Positions 1 to 8,459 of a stretch of DNA of 32,000 bases are shown in pieces (position 1 is the first letter of the stretch; each line of letters opens with the position of its first letter). The stretch covers positions 30,001 to 62,000 of the forward strand of contig DAOOUC010000002.1 of the NCBI GenBank assembly GCA_035390665.1, given 5' to 3'. Under the pieces are notes generated by a model. The model saw only the letters and a list, made by a program, of their open reading frames with translations. It did not search any database and was not told the DNA's origin. The translations under genes were made by a program, and so were the position numbers. This DNA is from an archaeon. GTDB taxonomy: Archaea > Iainarchaeota > Iainarchaeia > Iainarchaeales > CSSED10-239.

Positions 1-296
1 CAGCTCAAACGATTACTGATAGATTTAAAAAATTTCAAAATGTAAACAATTATAATAAAAATTTAAAAAAATATATTTATGATTTAAATCTTCATTATAA
101 AATCCACAACTACATCTATAATAAAACAAATTATGAATTCGACGAGCTTTTAAAAAAATTAAAAGAAGCAGGAATAGAAGAATTTCTAAATAGCTTTGGT
201 AATATTGATTATCCAAGTAAAATTATTCCAAATCTGATTTTTTATCCTAAATTTATAGTATTTTATAAAGAATTTATAAGGTTTGTAAAATCTTAG
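1..296 (+). CDS. 3' end of an unidentified protein-coding gene (5' end outside window)
   Basis: Frame 3 is open from the window edge for 97 codons to TAG at 294-296, which is unlikely by chance in such AT-rich DNA. The product (..NYEFDELLKKLKEAGIEEFLNSFGNIDYPSK..) is not recognised. Confidence 0.45.
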   Translation, partial: AQTITDRFKKFQNVNNYNKNLKKYIYDLNLHYKIHNYIYNKTNYEFDELLKKLKEAGIEEFLNSFGNIDYPSKIIPNLIFYPKFIVFYKEFIRFVKS

Positions 297-367
297 TGCA
301 TAGCATACTCTTTTATTTGTTTTTATAACAAAATATAATATATTTATATTAAAATTGAGGTGGAAAA

Positions 368-2317
368 ATGAAAAAAGTAATAATATTAGGTATATTAGCG
401 ATTTTTTGTTTAAATATATTTGGAATAGTTAATTCTGAAGAATTAACTCAAGATACAACAGCTAGCGGAAATAATTCAACAGTTTGTACAATGGACGTAA
501 TGACTTGTCCTAGTGGTATGACAGTGCCAAGAGTGCCAGAATTAAACTGTGAATTTGCTCCTTGCCCTCAATATTCAGATAGTACAACAGGAATTGGGCA
601 AGTAAGTGATGTAGTAATAGTAAATCCTACAACAACGGTTGTGGAAACAACAACAGAGGATAAAAAAGAATGTCAAACACAAGTGCAAGCAATTAATGCA
701 CAAATTGTTGAAAAAGACAAAGCATATAAAGAAGAATTAAAATTATTATTGCCTGCTTATCAATCTGCAAAAGAAGAATATCTTAAAGCACTAACAGAAT
801 ATAAAAAGTGTATTTCAGAGAAAATTTCTACAAAAATGACAGATTCAATTAATTCAACAGTAAGTTCTCAAGCAGGTACATCAGGAATGACAGCAAATAT
901 TGCGGTAGCAAATATGACAGAAAGGTGGGTTAAACAAAATACAAGTATTTCTGAAACTCCGCAAGTTGCTAGTGCAATTATGCCAATTGAGAATATAAAT
1001 GTAAATGAATTAGATTTAGAAATTATAGAATTACCAGAAACAGATTCAATTAACTGTAAAGAACAAAGAATTTTGTTAAATGAAAAACAAGTAAAAATTA
1101 AAGCAGAAATATTAAAAATAAAAGAATTAAGAGAAAAATACAAAGCAGATGAAATTTCAGTAAAAGAATTACAAGCACAAAGACAAGAAATTATAAGAAG
1201 TTGTTATCCAGGTAATCCTGCTAGTGTAATAAAAGAAGAATGTATTGTTCCTAAGGAATTATTAGAACAAAGAAAAGAATTAGAGAAAAGACTAATGGAA
1301 TTACAAACAAATTTTACATCTGAAGATAATGCAAATAAAGAAGAGTTTATTTTAAAACACAGACAAGTAAAAGAAGAATATGGACAAGTTTCTGAAAAAA
1401 TAAATAGTATTGAAAAGGCATGTAAACAAACAGCAAGAGTAGTTACTCAAGTAGATAGATGTAAACCAGACGAAGGATTGTTACAAGAAATTGAAAAATA
1501 TAAAAAAAGCTTGTTAACAGAAACAGATCCTGATACATTATATAAATTAAGAATAGCATTAGATTATGCAATAAAAAAAATGAATGCTGGCTGTGGAATT
1601 AGCTCAGTAGAAGGAACAACAGAAGTTTCAACTAAACCTGTTTCAGAAACAGAAATATTAAAACAAGAGATACAAAGATTAAAATTAGAGATTCAAAAGA
1701 AAGATAATGAAATCAAATCTCTAAGAGAATCAATGAGAGAATTTACTGGAGAAATGAAATCTGCTAATGCTGAAAAAAAGAAAGAATTATTAGAGACCAA
1801 TTTTGATAAAGTTTTAGAGCATACAGCAGCAGTAATTAAATCCAGAATTACAAAATTAGAAGAAAAAATAACTGATATAGAAACAACAGAAACTATTTCA
1901 GAAGAAAATAAAAAGAAAATAATTTCAGATTTAAATAACAGAATTGCATCTTTGACACAAGTATTAGATAAATTAAATACTGCAACCACAGCTGAAGAAT
2001 TAAAACAAATTATGACAGATGCAAGAGAAATTGATGAGAAAGCAATAATTGATGGAAGAGTAATCTCATTATCTAAAAGTATTTCAAAATTAAGTGAAAT
2101 CTTAGAAAAACACTATGTTGATTCAAAAAATTATGAAACCTATAAATCAAGTATTTTAGAATTATCAACAAAAGTTTCAGCATTAACTGAAAATGCAACA
2201 AAAGAAGAATTTGATGTTCTAGTTGAAGATTACAAATCATTAAAAAAAGAAATAATAACAGAAAGTAGGAACATCCAACCAAAAGAGAAGAATACAAAAA
2301 CAGAGGTGAATAACTAA
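368..2317 (+). CDS. secreted/anchored coiled-coil surface protein with N-terminal four-Cys box (function unknown)
   Basis: 649-aa ORF with a GAGGTGG SD just upstream of the ATG. It has a signal/anchor MKKVIILGILAIFCLNIFGIVNS, the Cys box CTMDVMTCPSGMTVPRVPELNCEFAPCP and a Thr-rich linker. About 500 aa of K/E/L-rich heptad-like sequence follows; no enzymatic motif seen. Confidence 0.8.
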   Translation: MKKVIILGILAIFCLNIFGIVNSEELTQDTTASGNNSTVCTMDVMTCPSGMTVPRVPELNCEFAPCPQYSDSTTGIGQVSDVVIVNPTTTVVETTTEDKKECQTQVQAINAQIVEKDKAYKEELKLLLPAYQSAKEEYLKALTEYKKCISEKISTKMTDSINSTVSSQAGTSGMTANIAVANMTERWVKQNTSISETPQVASAIMPIENINVNELDLEIIELPETDSINCKEQRILLNEKQVKIKAEILKIKELREKYKADEISVKELQAQRQEIIRSCYPGNPASVIKEECIVPKELLEQRKELEKRLMELQTNFTSEDNANKEEFILKHRQVKEEYGQVSEKINSIEKACKQTARVVTQVDRCKPDEGLLQEIEKYKKSLLTETDPDTLYKLRIALDYAIKKMNAGCGISSVEGTTEVSTKPVSETEILKQEIQRLKLEIQKKDNEIKSLRESMREFTGEMKSANAEKKKELLETNFDKVLEHTAAVIKSRITKLEEKITDIETTETISEENKKKIISDLNNRIASLTQVLDKLNTATTAEELKQIMTDAREIDEKAIIDGRVISLSKSISKLSEILEKHYVDSKNYETYKSSILELSTKVSALTENATKEEFDVLVEDYKSLKKEIITESRNIQPKEKNTKTEVNN

Positions 2318-2530
2318 ATGGATAAAAAAACATTAATAATTGGCGGAATTATAATTTTAGCTTTGGTTATTGTAGGAATATTTGTATTTACAGGAAGTAA
2401 ATCTACTGAAGAAAATACAGATGACACCACTGCAATAAATCCAGAACTTCAAACAGATTTGGATTCATTAAATGAAGATGATTTAATTCTTGATTCTAAT
2501 GAAACCTCAGAAATAATAGAAGTAAACTAA
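2318..2530 (+). CDS. small single-pass membrane protein with acidic tail
   Basis: 70-aa ORF whose ATG directly abuts the upstream TAA stop (TAA-ATG, no overlap). One TM helix (LIIGGIIILALVIVGIFVF) is followed by a D/E/T-rich tail. Confidence 0.55.
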   Translation: MDKKTLIIGGIIILALVIVGIFVFTGSKSTEENTDDTTAINPELQTDLDSLNEDDLILDSNETSEIIEVN

Positions 2531-2621
2531 CTTTACTTTCTATTTTCTTTATTTTTTAAAATTTAATTCTATTTATAAAAATAACTGTTCTATAAATATA
2601 TATCCTTTAAGCAAACTTTTT

Positions 2622-2694
2622 AGTCCGTTAGTGTAGTGGCCAAGCATGCAAGGCTTTGAACCTTGCGACAAGAGTTCGAATCTCTTACGGACTA
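2622..2694 (+). tRNA. tRNA-Gln (anticodon UUG)
   Basis: Hand-folded 73-nt cloverleaf. Acceptor is AGTCCGT/ACGGACT with A1-U72, the anticodon arm is CAAGG-CTTTGAA-CCTTG, and the T arm is AAGAG-TTCGAAT-CTCTT. Confidence 0.9.
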
Positions 2695-2733
2695 TCTCTT
2701 TAAATAGTTTTCTTAAAAAAAGATATATATAAT

Positions 2734-2808
2734 GGGAGTGTAGCTTAGCCTGGTTGGAGCACCCGACTGATAATCGGGAGGCCGCAGGTTCGAATCCTGC
2801 CTCTCCCA
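2734..2808 (+). tRNA. tRNA-Ile (anticodon GAU)
   Basis: 75-nt cloverleaf. Acceptor is GGGAGTG/CTCTCCC (U6-U67 mismatch), the anticodon arm is CCCGA-CTGATAA-TCGGG, and the T arm is GCAGG-TTCGAAT-CCTGC. Confidence 0.9.
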
Positions 2809-2853
2809 TTTGTTTTTAAATTCTTTTTTCTATAATATTTGTGTGATTTAATT

Positions 2854-3723
2854 ATGTCTCAAGCAATAGAAGATTATCTTAATAAAGGCTATTATCTTAA
2901 AGGCAAAGAAAATAAAGAAATTGCTGTGTTAATGATACATGGTTTTGCGGCTTCTCCAGTAGAACTTCAACCCCTTGCTGAATATTTAAAAACTGATTTT
3001 GATATTTATGCACCAATTCTTCCAGGACACAAAACAAATATAGAAGATTTTGACAAACAAAAATATACGGATTGGTTAAAATTTTCAGAAAAAATATATA
3101 CTAGACTTTTAGAAGAATACTCAAAGGTTGTTCTTTTAGGTTTTTCAATGGGCGGAACAATTTGTTTATATCTTTCAACAAAGAAGGCACCTTATAAATT
3201 GATTACTTTGTCTTCTCCTATTAATTTCTTAGATGCTGATTTTGCAAAGATAATTTTAGCAGATTGGAAAAAAACCAACCTTAGTTTGTCTATGATACTT
3301 AATGAAATTAAAGAAATCTCCAAGAAAGAACCACATGCAGATAAAGCAACCCCTGCAAAGATGAAATTAGTAATAAATAATATTTATAAGAAAGTAATTA
3401 AAGACTTTAATATAGAAAATGAGGACATGAAAGGTTTTGTAGACACATATAATCAAATTTCATATAATGCTATACAAGAAATATTTAAACTTGTAAAATA
3501 TGTTAAAACACAAGCATCTAAAGTAAATTCAGATATTTTAATAATTCATAGTAAAAAAGACTATCTGATACCTATTAGTAATTCTAAAGAAATATTAAAT
3601 TCTGTTTCTTCAAATAACATAGAATTATTTATACTTGAAGAATCAGGACATCAAATAATGATAGATAAGGAACATGATATAGTTTTTAGAAAAGTAAAAG
3701 AATATATAAATAGAAAAATATAA
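2854..3723 (+). CDS. alpha/beta-hydrolase fold esterase/lipase (carboxylesterase or monoacylglycerol-lipase-like)
   Basis: Shows the HGFAASP oxyanion region, the nucleophile elbow GFSMGG and C-terminal ESGHQIM (catalytic His). The start is moved to ATG 2854 (MSQAIEDYL), inside track ORF 2839..3723. Confidence 0.8.
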   Translation: MSQAIEDYLNKGYYLKGKENKEIAVLMIHGFAASPVELQPLAEYLKTDFDIYAPILPGHKTNIEDFDKQKYTDWLKFSEKIYTRLLEEYSKVVLLGFSMGGTICLYLSTKKAPYKLITLSSPINFLDADFAKIILADWKKTNLSLSMILNEIKEISKKEPHADKATPAKMKLVINNIYKKVIKDFNIENEDMKGFVDTYNQISYNAIQEIFKLVKYVKTQASKVNSDILIIHSKKDYLIPISNSKEILNSVSSNNIELFILEESGHQIMIDKEHDIVFRKVKEYINRKI

Positions 3724-3724
3724 T

Positions 3725-4204
3725 TTATTTTATTTTTTCATTAACAAAAGAAAGATTCGGTAAAATTTTTGTTTCTTCTTTTATATATTTTGCAGTTCCA
3801 ATTATTTGATTGTTATATATACAAACAACATAACCAGAAGACAAAAGATTTTTTGTTTTAATATCATTTGTATTTATTTCTTTACCCTTAAAATAATTAT
3901 TCGCCTGAGTTCTATCTAAATTAACGAAATTATTTAGAATTTGTGAATTTTTAAATATTCCAAAACCAAGAGAGGAGGGTACATAATCTTTATAGTTTGA
4001 GAATATTTCTATGCCTATATTTTTAACAAAATTACTATTAATCATTTTTTGAATTATTTCTTTTTTGTCGCTAATAACTACTGACACAGAGTTTCCTTTT
4101 ATTATATACATGTAATTCTCAAGAAAAGATTTATCAATTCCAAATCTAGAATTTAAATAATTAATTATTTTTGTTTTTGTTTTAAGGTCTAATAGTTTAG
4201 TCAT
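3725..4204 (-). CDS. PUA-like / Nip7-like RNA-binding protein (partner of the upstream m5C methyltransferase)
   Basis: 159-aa ORF lying 2 nt downstream of the NOL1/NOP2/Sun gene on the same strand. Its size and C-terminal pattern ..SSGYVVCIYNNQIIGTAKY.. resemble Nip7/PUA modules. The assignment rests on pattern and context only. Confidence 0.45.
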   Translation of the reverse strand: MTKLLDLKTKTKIINYLNSRFGIDKSFLENYMYIIKGNSVSVVISDKKEIIQKMINSNFVKNIGIEIFSNYKDYVPSSLGFGIFKNSQILNNFVNLDRTQANNYFKGKEINTNDIKTKNLLSSGYVVCIYNNQIIGTAKYIKEETKILPNLSFVNEKIK

Positions 4205-4206
4205 AA

Positions 4207-5127
4207 TTATTCTTCTTTTTTAATTTTACAAATAAAAAATCCTTCTATGTTATTTTTATGTGGCCAGATTCTTATTGCTTTCTTAATCTCTGGATTATAT
4301 TTTAGACCATTATATTCTGTTAATCCTTTATCACAAATTAATCCAGGAATGTTGATTTCTTCTACAGTGCATTTGTATTTTTTTAAAAGAAAATCAATTA
4401 CTTCTTCGTTTTCTTCAGGAGATAAAGTACATGTAGAATAGACAAGTATTCCATTTTTTTTAAGTAGTCTAATAGCATTAATTATTAGTTTTTTTTGTAA
4501 ATCCGATTTAGATTGAACGTGTGAATTTGACCATTCTTTTAAAGCATCTGGTTTTTTTCTAATCATTCCTTCGCAAGAACAAGGCGCATCTAAAAGTATT
4601 TTATCAAAAAGGAAATTTGAATTAAAAGTAATTCCGTTTTGGTTTGTGACAATGGTGTTTGTTACCCCTTGTTTTTTTAAAGTAAATAAAAGGGTCTTTA
4701 ATCTTGTTTTGTCTACATCGTTAGCAACAATTAAACCTCTATTATTCATAATTTGTGCTAATATTGCAGTTTTATTTCCAGGAGCAGCAGTAAGATCTAA
4801 GACAATATCGGTTTCATTAGGGTTAAGAACAAAAGCAGGAAGCATTGATGAAACTTCTTGCATTTGGAATAAACCAACGTTTTGTTCAATTGTGTTACCA
4901 AGGCCACTTACTTCTGATTTAATAAAATAAGCATTATCTATATATTTTACTTTTTCAAAATCAATTTCTTGATTTTTAAGAAAAGAAATGTCTTTTGTTT
5001 TTAAAGTGTTGATTATTAATGATTTTGTAAGTCTTGTCTTACAGCTTTCAAAAAAATCTGCAGATTCTTTATCAAGTAATTTTTCGTATTTTTTTTTAAA
5101 ATCTTCAGGTAAATATACACTTGTCAT
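4207..5127 (-). CDS. NOL1/NOP2/Sun-family RNA (cytosine-C5)-methyltransferase
   Basis: Carries the SAM-binding region VLDLTAAPGNKT and the catalytic Cys motifs LLDAPCSCEG and LVYSTCTLSPEENE. The start is trimmed to Met50 (MTSVYLPEDF, ATG at 5125-5127), because the hydrophobic N-terminal 49 codons of the track ORF look non-coding and overlap another ORF. Confidence 0.85.
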   Translation of the reverse strand: MTSVYLPEDFKKKYEKLLDKESADFFESCKTRLTKSLIINTLKTKDISFLKNQEIDFEKVKYIDNAYFIKSEVSGLGNTIEQNVGLFQMQEVSSMLPAFVLNPNETDIVLDLTAAPGNKTAILAQIMNNRGLIVANDVDKTRLKTLLFTLKKQGVTNTIVTNQNGITFNSNFLFDKILLDAPCSCEGMIRKKPDALKEWSNSHVQSKSDLQKKLIINAIRLLKKNGILVYSTCTLSPEENEEVIDFLLKKYKCTVEEINIPGLICDKGLTEYNGLKYNPEIKKAIRIWPHKNNIEGFFICKIKKEE

Positions 5128-5251
5128 AGAAAAATATTTATTAAAAGTATTTAAAAATAGAGCCATAAAGATAAGATATATAAACCTAATGGCACCATAA
5201 ATTTTTAATATAAGACTTTTTTTATATGAATTTTTAAGAAGGTATTTAGAT

Positions 5252-5428
5252 ATGGCAACAAAAAAAGAAGACATAGAATCAGATTATGATCTTAATGAAT
5301 TTGATTATGATGGAGACGAAGTCTTAAATGAAGAAAAAGAAGACATAGAAATGGAATATACTCCAGAAGATTTCGATACAGAAGATGAAGAAGAATTTGA
5401 TAGTGATCACGATTTTAGTGAAGACTAA
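5252..5428 (+). CDS. hyperacidic mini-protein A (58 aa)
   Basis: ATG..TAA ORF below the track cutoff: MATKKEDIESDYDLNEFDYDGDEVLNEEKEDIEMEYTPEDFDTEDEEEFDSDHDFSED. By hand count 29/58 residues are D/E. A weak AAGGT SD lies upstream. Confidence 0.5.
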   Translation: MATKKEDIESDYDLNEFDYDGDEVLNEEKEDIEMEYTPEDFDTEDEEEFDSDHDFSED

Positions 5429-5466
5429 ATAGGCATTTTTTAAAAACAAAAAAGGTGAAATAAAAG

Positions 5467-5628
5467 ATGTATGTAATAAACAACGATTGCGCAGGACAAA
5501 TTTATAGATGCGAAAGCGACGAAGAAGAAGACTTTGAAGACTTTGATGAAGAAGATGATGACTTTGACGAAGATAGTGAAGAGTCAGACGAAGACTTTGA
5601 AGATTTTGATGAAGAAGACGAAGAATAG
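5467..5628 (+). CDS. hyperacidic mini-protein B (53 aa)
   Basis: ATG..TAG ORF: MYVINNDCAGQIYRCESDEEEDFEDFDEEDDDFDEDSEESDEDFEDFDEEDEE, with 31/53 D/E by hand count. A good AAGGTGA SD lies 7 nt upstream, and a T-rich tract follows the stop. It contains an internal DNA repeat GAAGACTTTGAAGAYTTTGATGAAGAAGA. Confidence 0.55.
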   Translation: MYVINNDCAGQIYRCESDEEEDFEDFDEEDDDFDEDSEESDEDFEDFDEEDEE

Positions 5629-5668
5629 TTTCTTCTTTTTCTTTCTATTTTTAAACTGATAAAAAAAA

Positions 5669-6229
5669 ATGTTGCAATTATTTTCTATAATTTCAGCAGT
5701 TTTATTTTTTTTCTCATATTTTTTTTATATTCGTTCTATATTTTCGAAAGAAACAAAACCACAGAAAGTGAGTTGGCTAATCTGGGCTATAACAGATATT
5801 TTGATATTAATTACTTTATTTTTACAAAAAGTATCTAATTTTCATATTTCTCTTGCAGCAACTATTGGTTCTGTTTTTATTGCGTTCTTAGCATTTAGAT
5901 ATGGAACAAAAGGCTGGACAAAAATAGATATTATTTGTTTAGTTTTGTCTGTTTTAGGAATGATTCTGTGGTTATTCTTTAATAATCCGTTAATAGCTTT
6001 AATTATTCTTTCTTTAACACAAATAATTGCCTCAATTCCAACAATTGTACATTTATGGCACAAACCAAAAGATGAGAATTTGCTTTCTTGGGGTTTGTTT
6101 TTTGTGTCTGCGGTTTTTGGAATACTTGCAATCCCTGTTTTTAAACCAGAAAATTATGTATTTCAATTAGCTTTATTACTTGTTTCTTTTAACTTTTGGA
6201 TAATATTTTTTAGAAGAAAAAACCATTAA
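5669..6229 (+). CDS. polytopic membrane protein (about 6 TM; possible PQ-loop/PnuC-like small transporter)
   Basis: 186-aa ORF made almost entirely of hydrophobic helices. The segment KETKPQKVSWLIWAITDIL is faintly PQ-loop/PnuC-like. The function call is weak. Confidence 0.7.
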   Translation: MLQLFSIISAVLFFFSYFFYIRSIFSKETKPQKVSWLIWAITDILILITLFLQKVSNFHISLAATIGSVFIAFLAFRYGTKGWTKIDIICLVLSVLGMILWLFFNNPLIALIILSLTQIIASIPTIVHLWHKPKDENLLSWGLFFVSAVFGILAIPVFKPENYVFQLALLLVSFNFWIIFFRRKNH

Positions 6230-6311
6230 AAAATACATATTTAAAGGCTTCTATACTTAAATATAATATAGATTAATACTATTTTTACAACTAAAAAAAG
6301 AGGAGAAAAAA

Positions 6312-6719
6312 ATGAGTGCAGACGATATAAAAAATCAAGAAGTAGAGAATGTTGAAGAAGAAATTCTAGATGCTGTTGAGGATGAAGGAATAGAACTTGA
6401 TGATAGTAAATTACCATTTCCAAATGCAACAGTTGTTAGATTAATGAGAAAGAACCTAGATAAGCACAAACAAATCAAAGGAATTGTTAAGAAAGAAATG
6501 AATCTTTTTTTAGGCAGATTAGTTGAAATAATTTGTAAGAAAATGAACGGTTATGAATATAGCTATGTAGATTATGGAATGTTTAAACAAGCAGTTGAAA
6601 CTTTTGAAAATATTCAAACAATTGAATTAGAAAAAATAAGAATTATTAAAAATTTAGAAAAGATAAAAGCAGAATGTGATATTTTAATTGACGATGTTGA
6701 AAGAAAATTTCACAAATAG
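6312..6719 (+). CDS. histone-fold (CBF/NF-Y-type) protein with acidic N-tail and C-terminal helical extension
   Basis: GAGGAG SD upstream. The core KLPFPNATVVRLMRKNL-DKHKQIK-GIVKKEMNLFLGRLVEIICKKMNG-YEYSYVDYG-MFKQAVETF fits the helix1-L1-helix2-L2-helix3 pattern of a histone fold. It is flanked by a 30-aa D/E-rich N-tail and a 40-aa heptad-like C-terminus. Confidence 0.65.
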   Translation: MSADDIKNQEVENVEEEILDAVEDEGIELDDSKLPFPNATVVRLMRKNLDKHKQIKGIVKKEMNLFLGRLVEIICKKMNGYEYSYVDYGMFKQAVETFENIQTIELEKIRIIKNLEKIKAECDILIDDVERKFHK

Positions 6720-6731
6720 AGGTGAATAAGA

Positions 6732-8360
6732 ATGAGTAATAATCAAAGTCAAAATACTGTATTTTTACCAGAAGGTTCAAAAAGAGAGAGAGGAAAGGAC
6801 GCTCAAAGAATGAACATAATGGTAGCAAAAGCAGTAAGTAATGCAGTCAAATCAACACTTGGCCCAAGAGGAATGGACAAGATGCTTGTTGATGAGATGG
6901 GAACAGTAACAATAAGTAACGACGGTGCAACAATATTAAAAGAAATGGCAATTGAACACCCAATTGGTAAGATGCTTGTTGAACTTGCAAAAAACCAAGA
7001 TGACGAAGTAGGAGATGGAACAACAAGCGCTGTTGTTATTGCTGGCGGTCTTGTCTCAAAGGCTGAAAATCTTTTAGATGAGAACATACATCCTTCAATA
7101 ATTATTAAAGGATATAAAATGGCTTCAGAAAAAGCAGTAGAATATTTTAATGAAATTTCTGAAAAAGTAACAATTGAAGATAAGCAATTACTTTTAGATA
7201 TTGCGAAAACATCAATGACAGGAAAAGCAGCAGAAAATAGTTCTATTCTTTCAGGGATTGTGGTTGATGGAATACTAAAGATTTCAAAATCAAATAAAGA
7301 AATTGAAAGAGAACAAATAAAGATTGAACAAAAGATAGGTGGTAATCTTTCAGAAACAAAATTAATTGATGGAATTGTTCTTGATAAAGAGATTGTTCAT
7401 TCAGAGATGCCAAAAAACATTAAGAATGCAAAAATACTTCTTGTTAGTTCAGCCTTAGAAGTTAAAGAACCAGAGACAGAAGCAAAGATTCAAATAACTT
7501 CTCCTGATCAACTTCAAGCATTTATTGACCAAGAAGAGCAAACATTAAAGACAATGGTTGACAGAATTCAAGCAACTGGAGCAACTCTTGTTCTTTGTCA
7601 AAAAGGTATAGATGATCTTGCTCAGCATTATTTAGCAAAAGCAGGAATAACTGCAATAAGAAGAGTAAGACAGACAGACATTGAAAGACTTGCAAAAGCT
7701 ACTGGTGCAAAGATTGTAAACAGATTAAAGAATGTTACAACTAAAGACTTAGGAACAGCAGAACTTGTATATTCTAAAAAGATAGCAGGAGACGACATGT
7801 TGTTTATTGAAGGCTGTCCAAATCCAGGATATGTAACAATACTTCTTAGAGGAACTTCTGAGCAAGTTTTAGCTGAAACAGACAGAACTTTAACTGATGC
7901 AATTGGTGCAGTAATTTCTACCATAAAATCAGGAAAGTTTGTTGCCGCTGGCGGTTCTTCAGAAATTGAAGTTGCTTTAAGACTTAAAAACTTTGCAAAA
8001 GGCGTAGGTGGAAGAGAACAGCTTGCAATTGAAGCATTTGCTGAAGTCTTAGAAATCATACCAAAGACTCTTGCAGAAAGTGCAGGTCTAGATGCAATCG
8101 ACACAATTGTATCTTTGCGAAGCAAACATCAAGATCCTGTCAATAAAGGATTTGGAGTAGATGTGGTTAACGGAACAATAGCAGATATGAAGAAAAAGAA
8201 AATAATTGAACCAATATCTGTTAAGACACAAGCAGTAACATCATCAACTGAAGTTGCAGAAATGATTCTAAGAATAGATGACATTATTGCAGGGCAAGCA
8301 AATAAGCCAAAAGGAATGCCAATGGGAATGCCAGGTGGCATGGATATGGGAGATATGTAA
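6732..8360 (+). CDS. ths: thermosome subunit (group II chaperonin)
   Basis: Contains GPRGMDKMLVD and VGDGTTSAVVIAG and has the methionine/glycine-rich tail GMPMGMPGGMDMGDM. A GAGGTGA SD precedes the ATG. Confidence 0.95.
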   Translation: MSNNQSQNTVFLPEGSKRERGKDAQRMNIMVAKAVSNAVKSTLGPRGMDKMLVDEMGTVTISNDGATILKEMAIEHPIGKMLVELAKNQDDEVGDGTTSAVVIAGGLVSKAENLLDENIHPSIIIKGYKMASEKAVEYFNEISEKVTIEDKQLLLDIAKTSMTGKAAENSSILSGIVVDGILKISKSNKEIEREQIKIEQKIGGNLSETKLIDGIVLDKEIVHSEMPKNIKNAKILLVSSALEVKEPETEAKIQITSPDQLQAFIDQEEQTLKTMVDRIQATGATLVLCQKGIDDLAQHYLAKAGITAIRRVRQTDIERLAKATGAKIVNRLKNVTTKDLGTAELVYSKKIAGDDMLFIEGCPNPGYVTILLRGTSEQVLAETDRTLTDAIGAVISTIKSGKFVAAGGSSEIEVALRLKNFAKGVGGREQLAIEAFAEVLEIIPKTLAESAGLDAIDTIVSLRSKHQDPVNKGFGVDVVNGTIADMKKKKIIEPISVKTQAVTSSTEVAEMILRIDDIIAGQANKPKGMPMGMPGGMDMGDM

Positions 8361-8459
8361 ATATCTTTCTTCTTTTTTCTTTTTTTAATAAAATCGCAAG
8401 GTTTTTAAATAACTTCTTAACCTAAATATATAATAAAAACCTAGCAAAAGTGTAAATGA

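Noticed and set aside
2573-2809. 78-aa minus-strand ORF (MGEAGFEPAASRL...)
   Set aside because: It lies antisense across tRNA-Gln and tRNA-Ile. The GC-rich codons are just the reverse complement of tRNA acceptor and T arms.
5128-5274. N-terminal 49 codons of track ORF 4207..5274
   Set aside because: This hydrophobic, non-conserved extension precedes the natural MTSVYLPEDF start and overlaps the acidic mini-ORF on the other strand.
7628-8125. 165-aa antisense ORF inside the thermosome gene (also 6803-7087 and 8129-8341)
   Set aside because: It lies fully within a strongly conserved CDS on the other strand. Its composition is the low-complexity Ser/Ala/Pro mirror of the sense frame.
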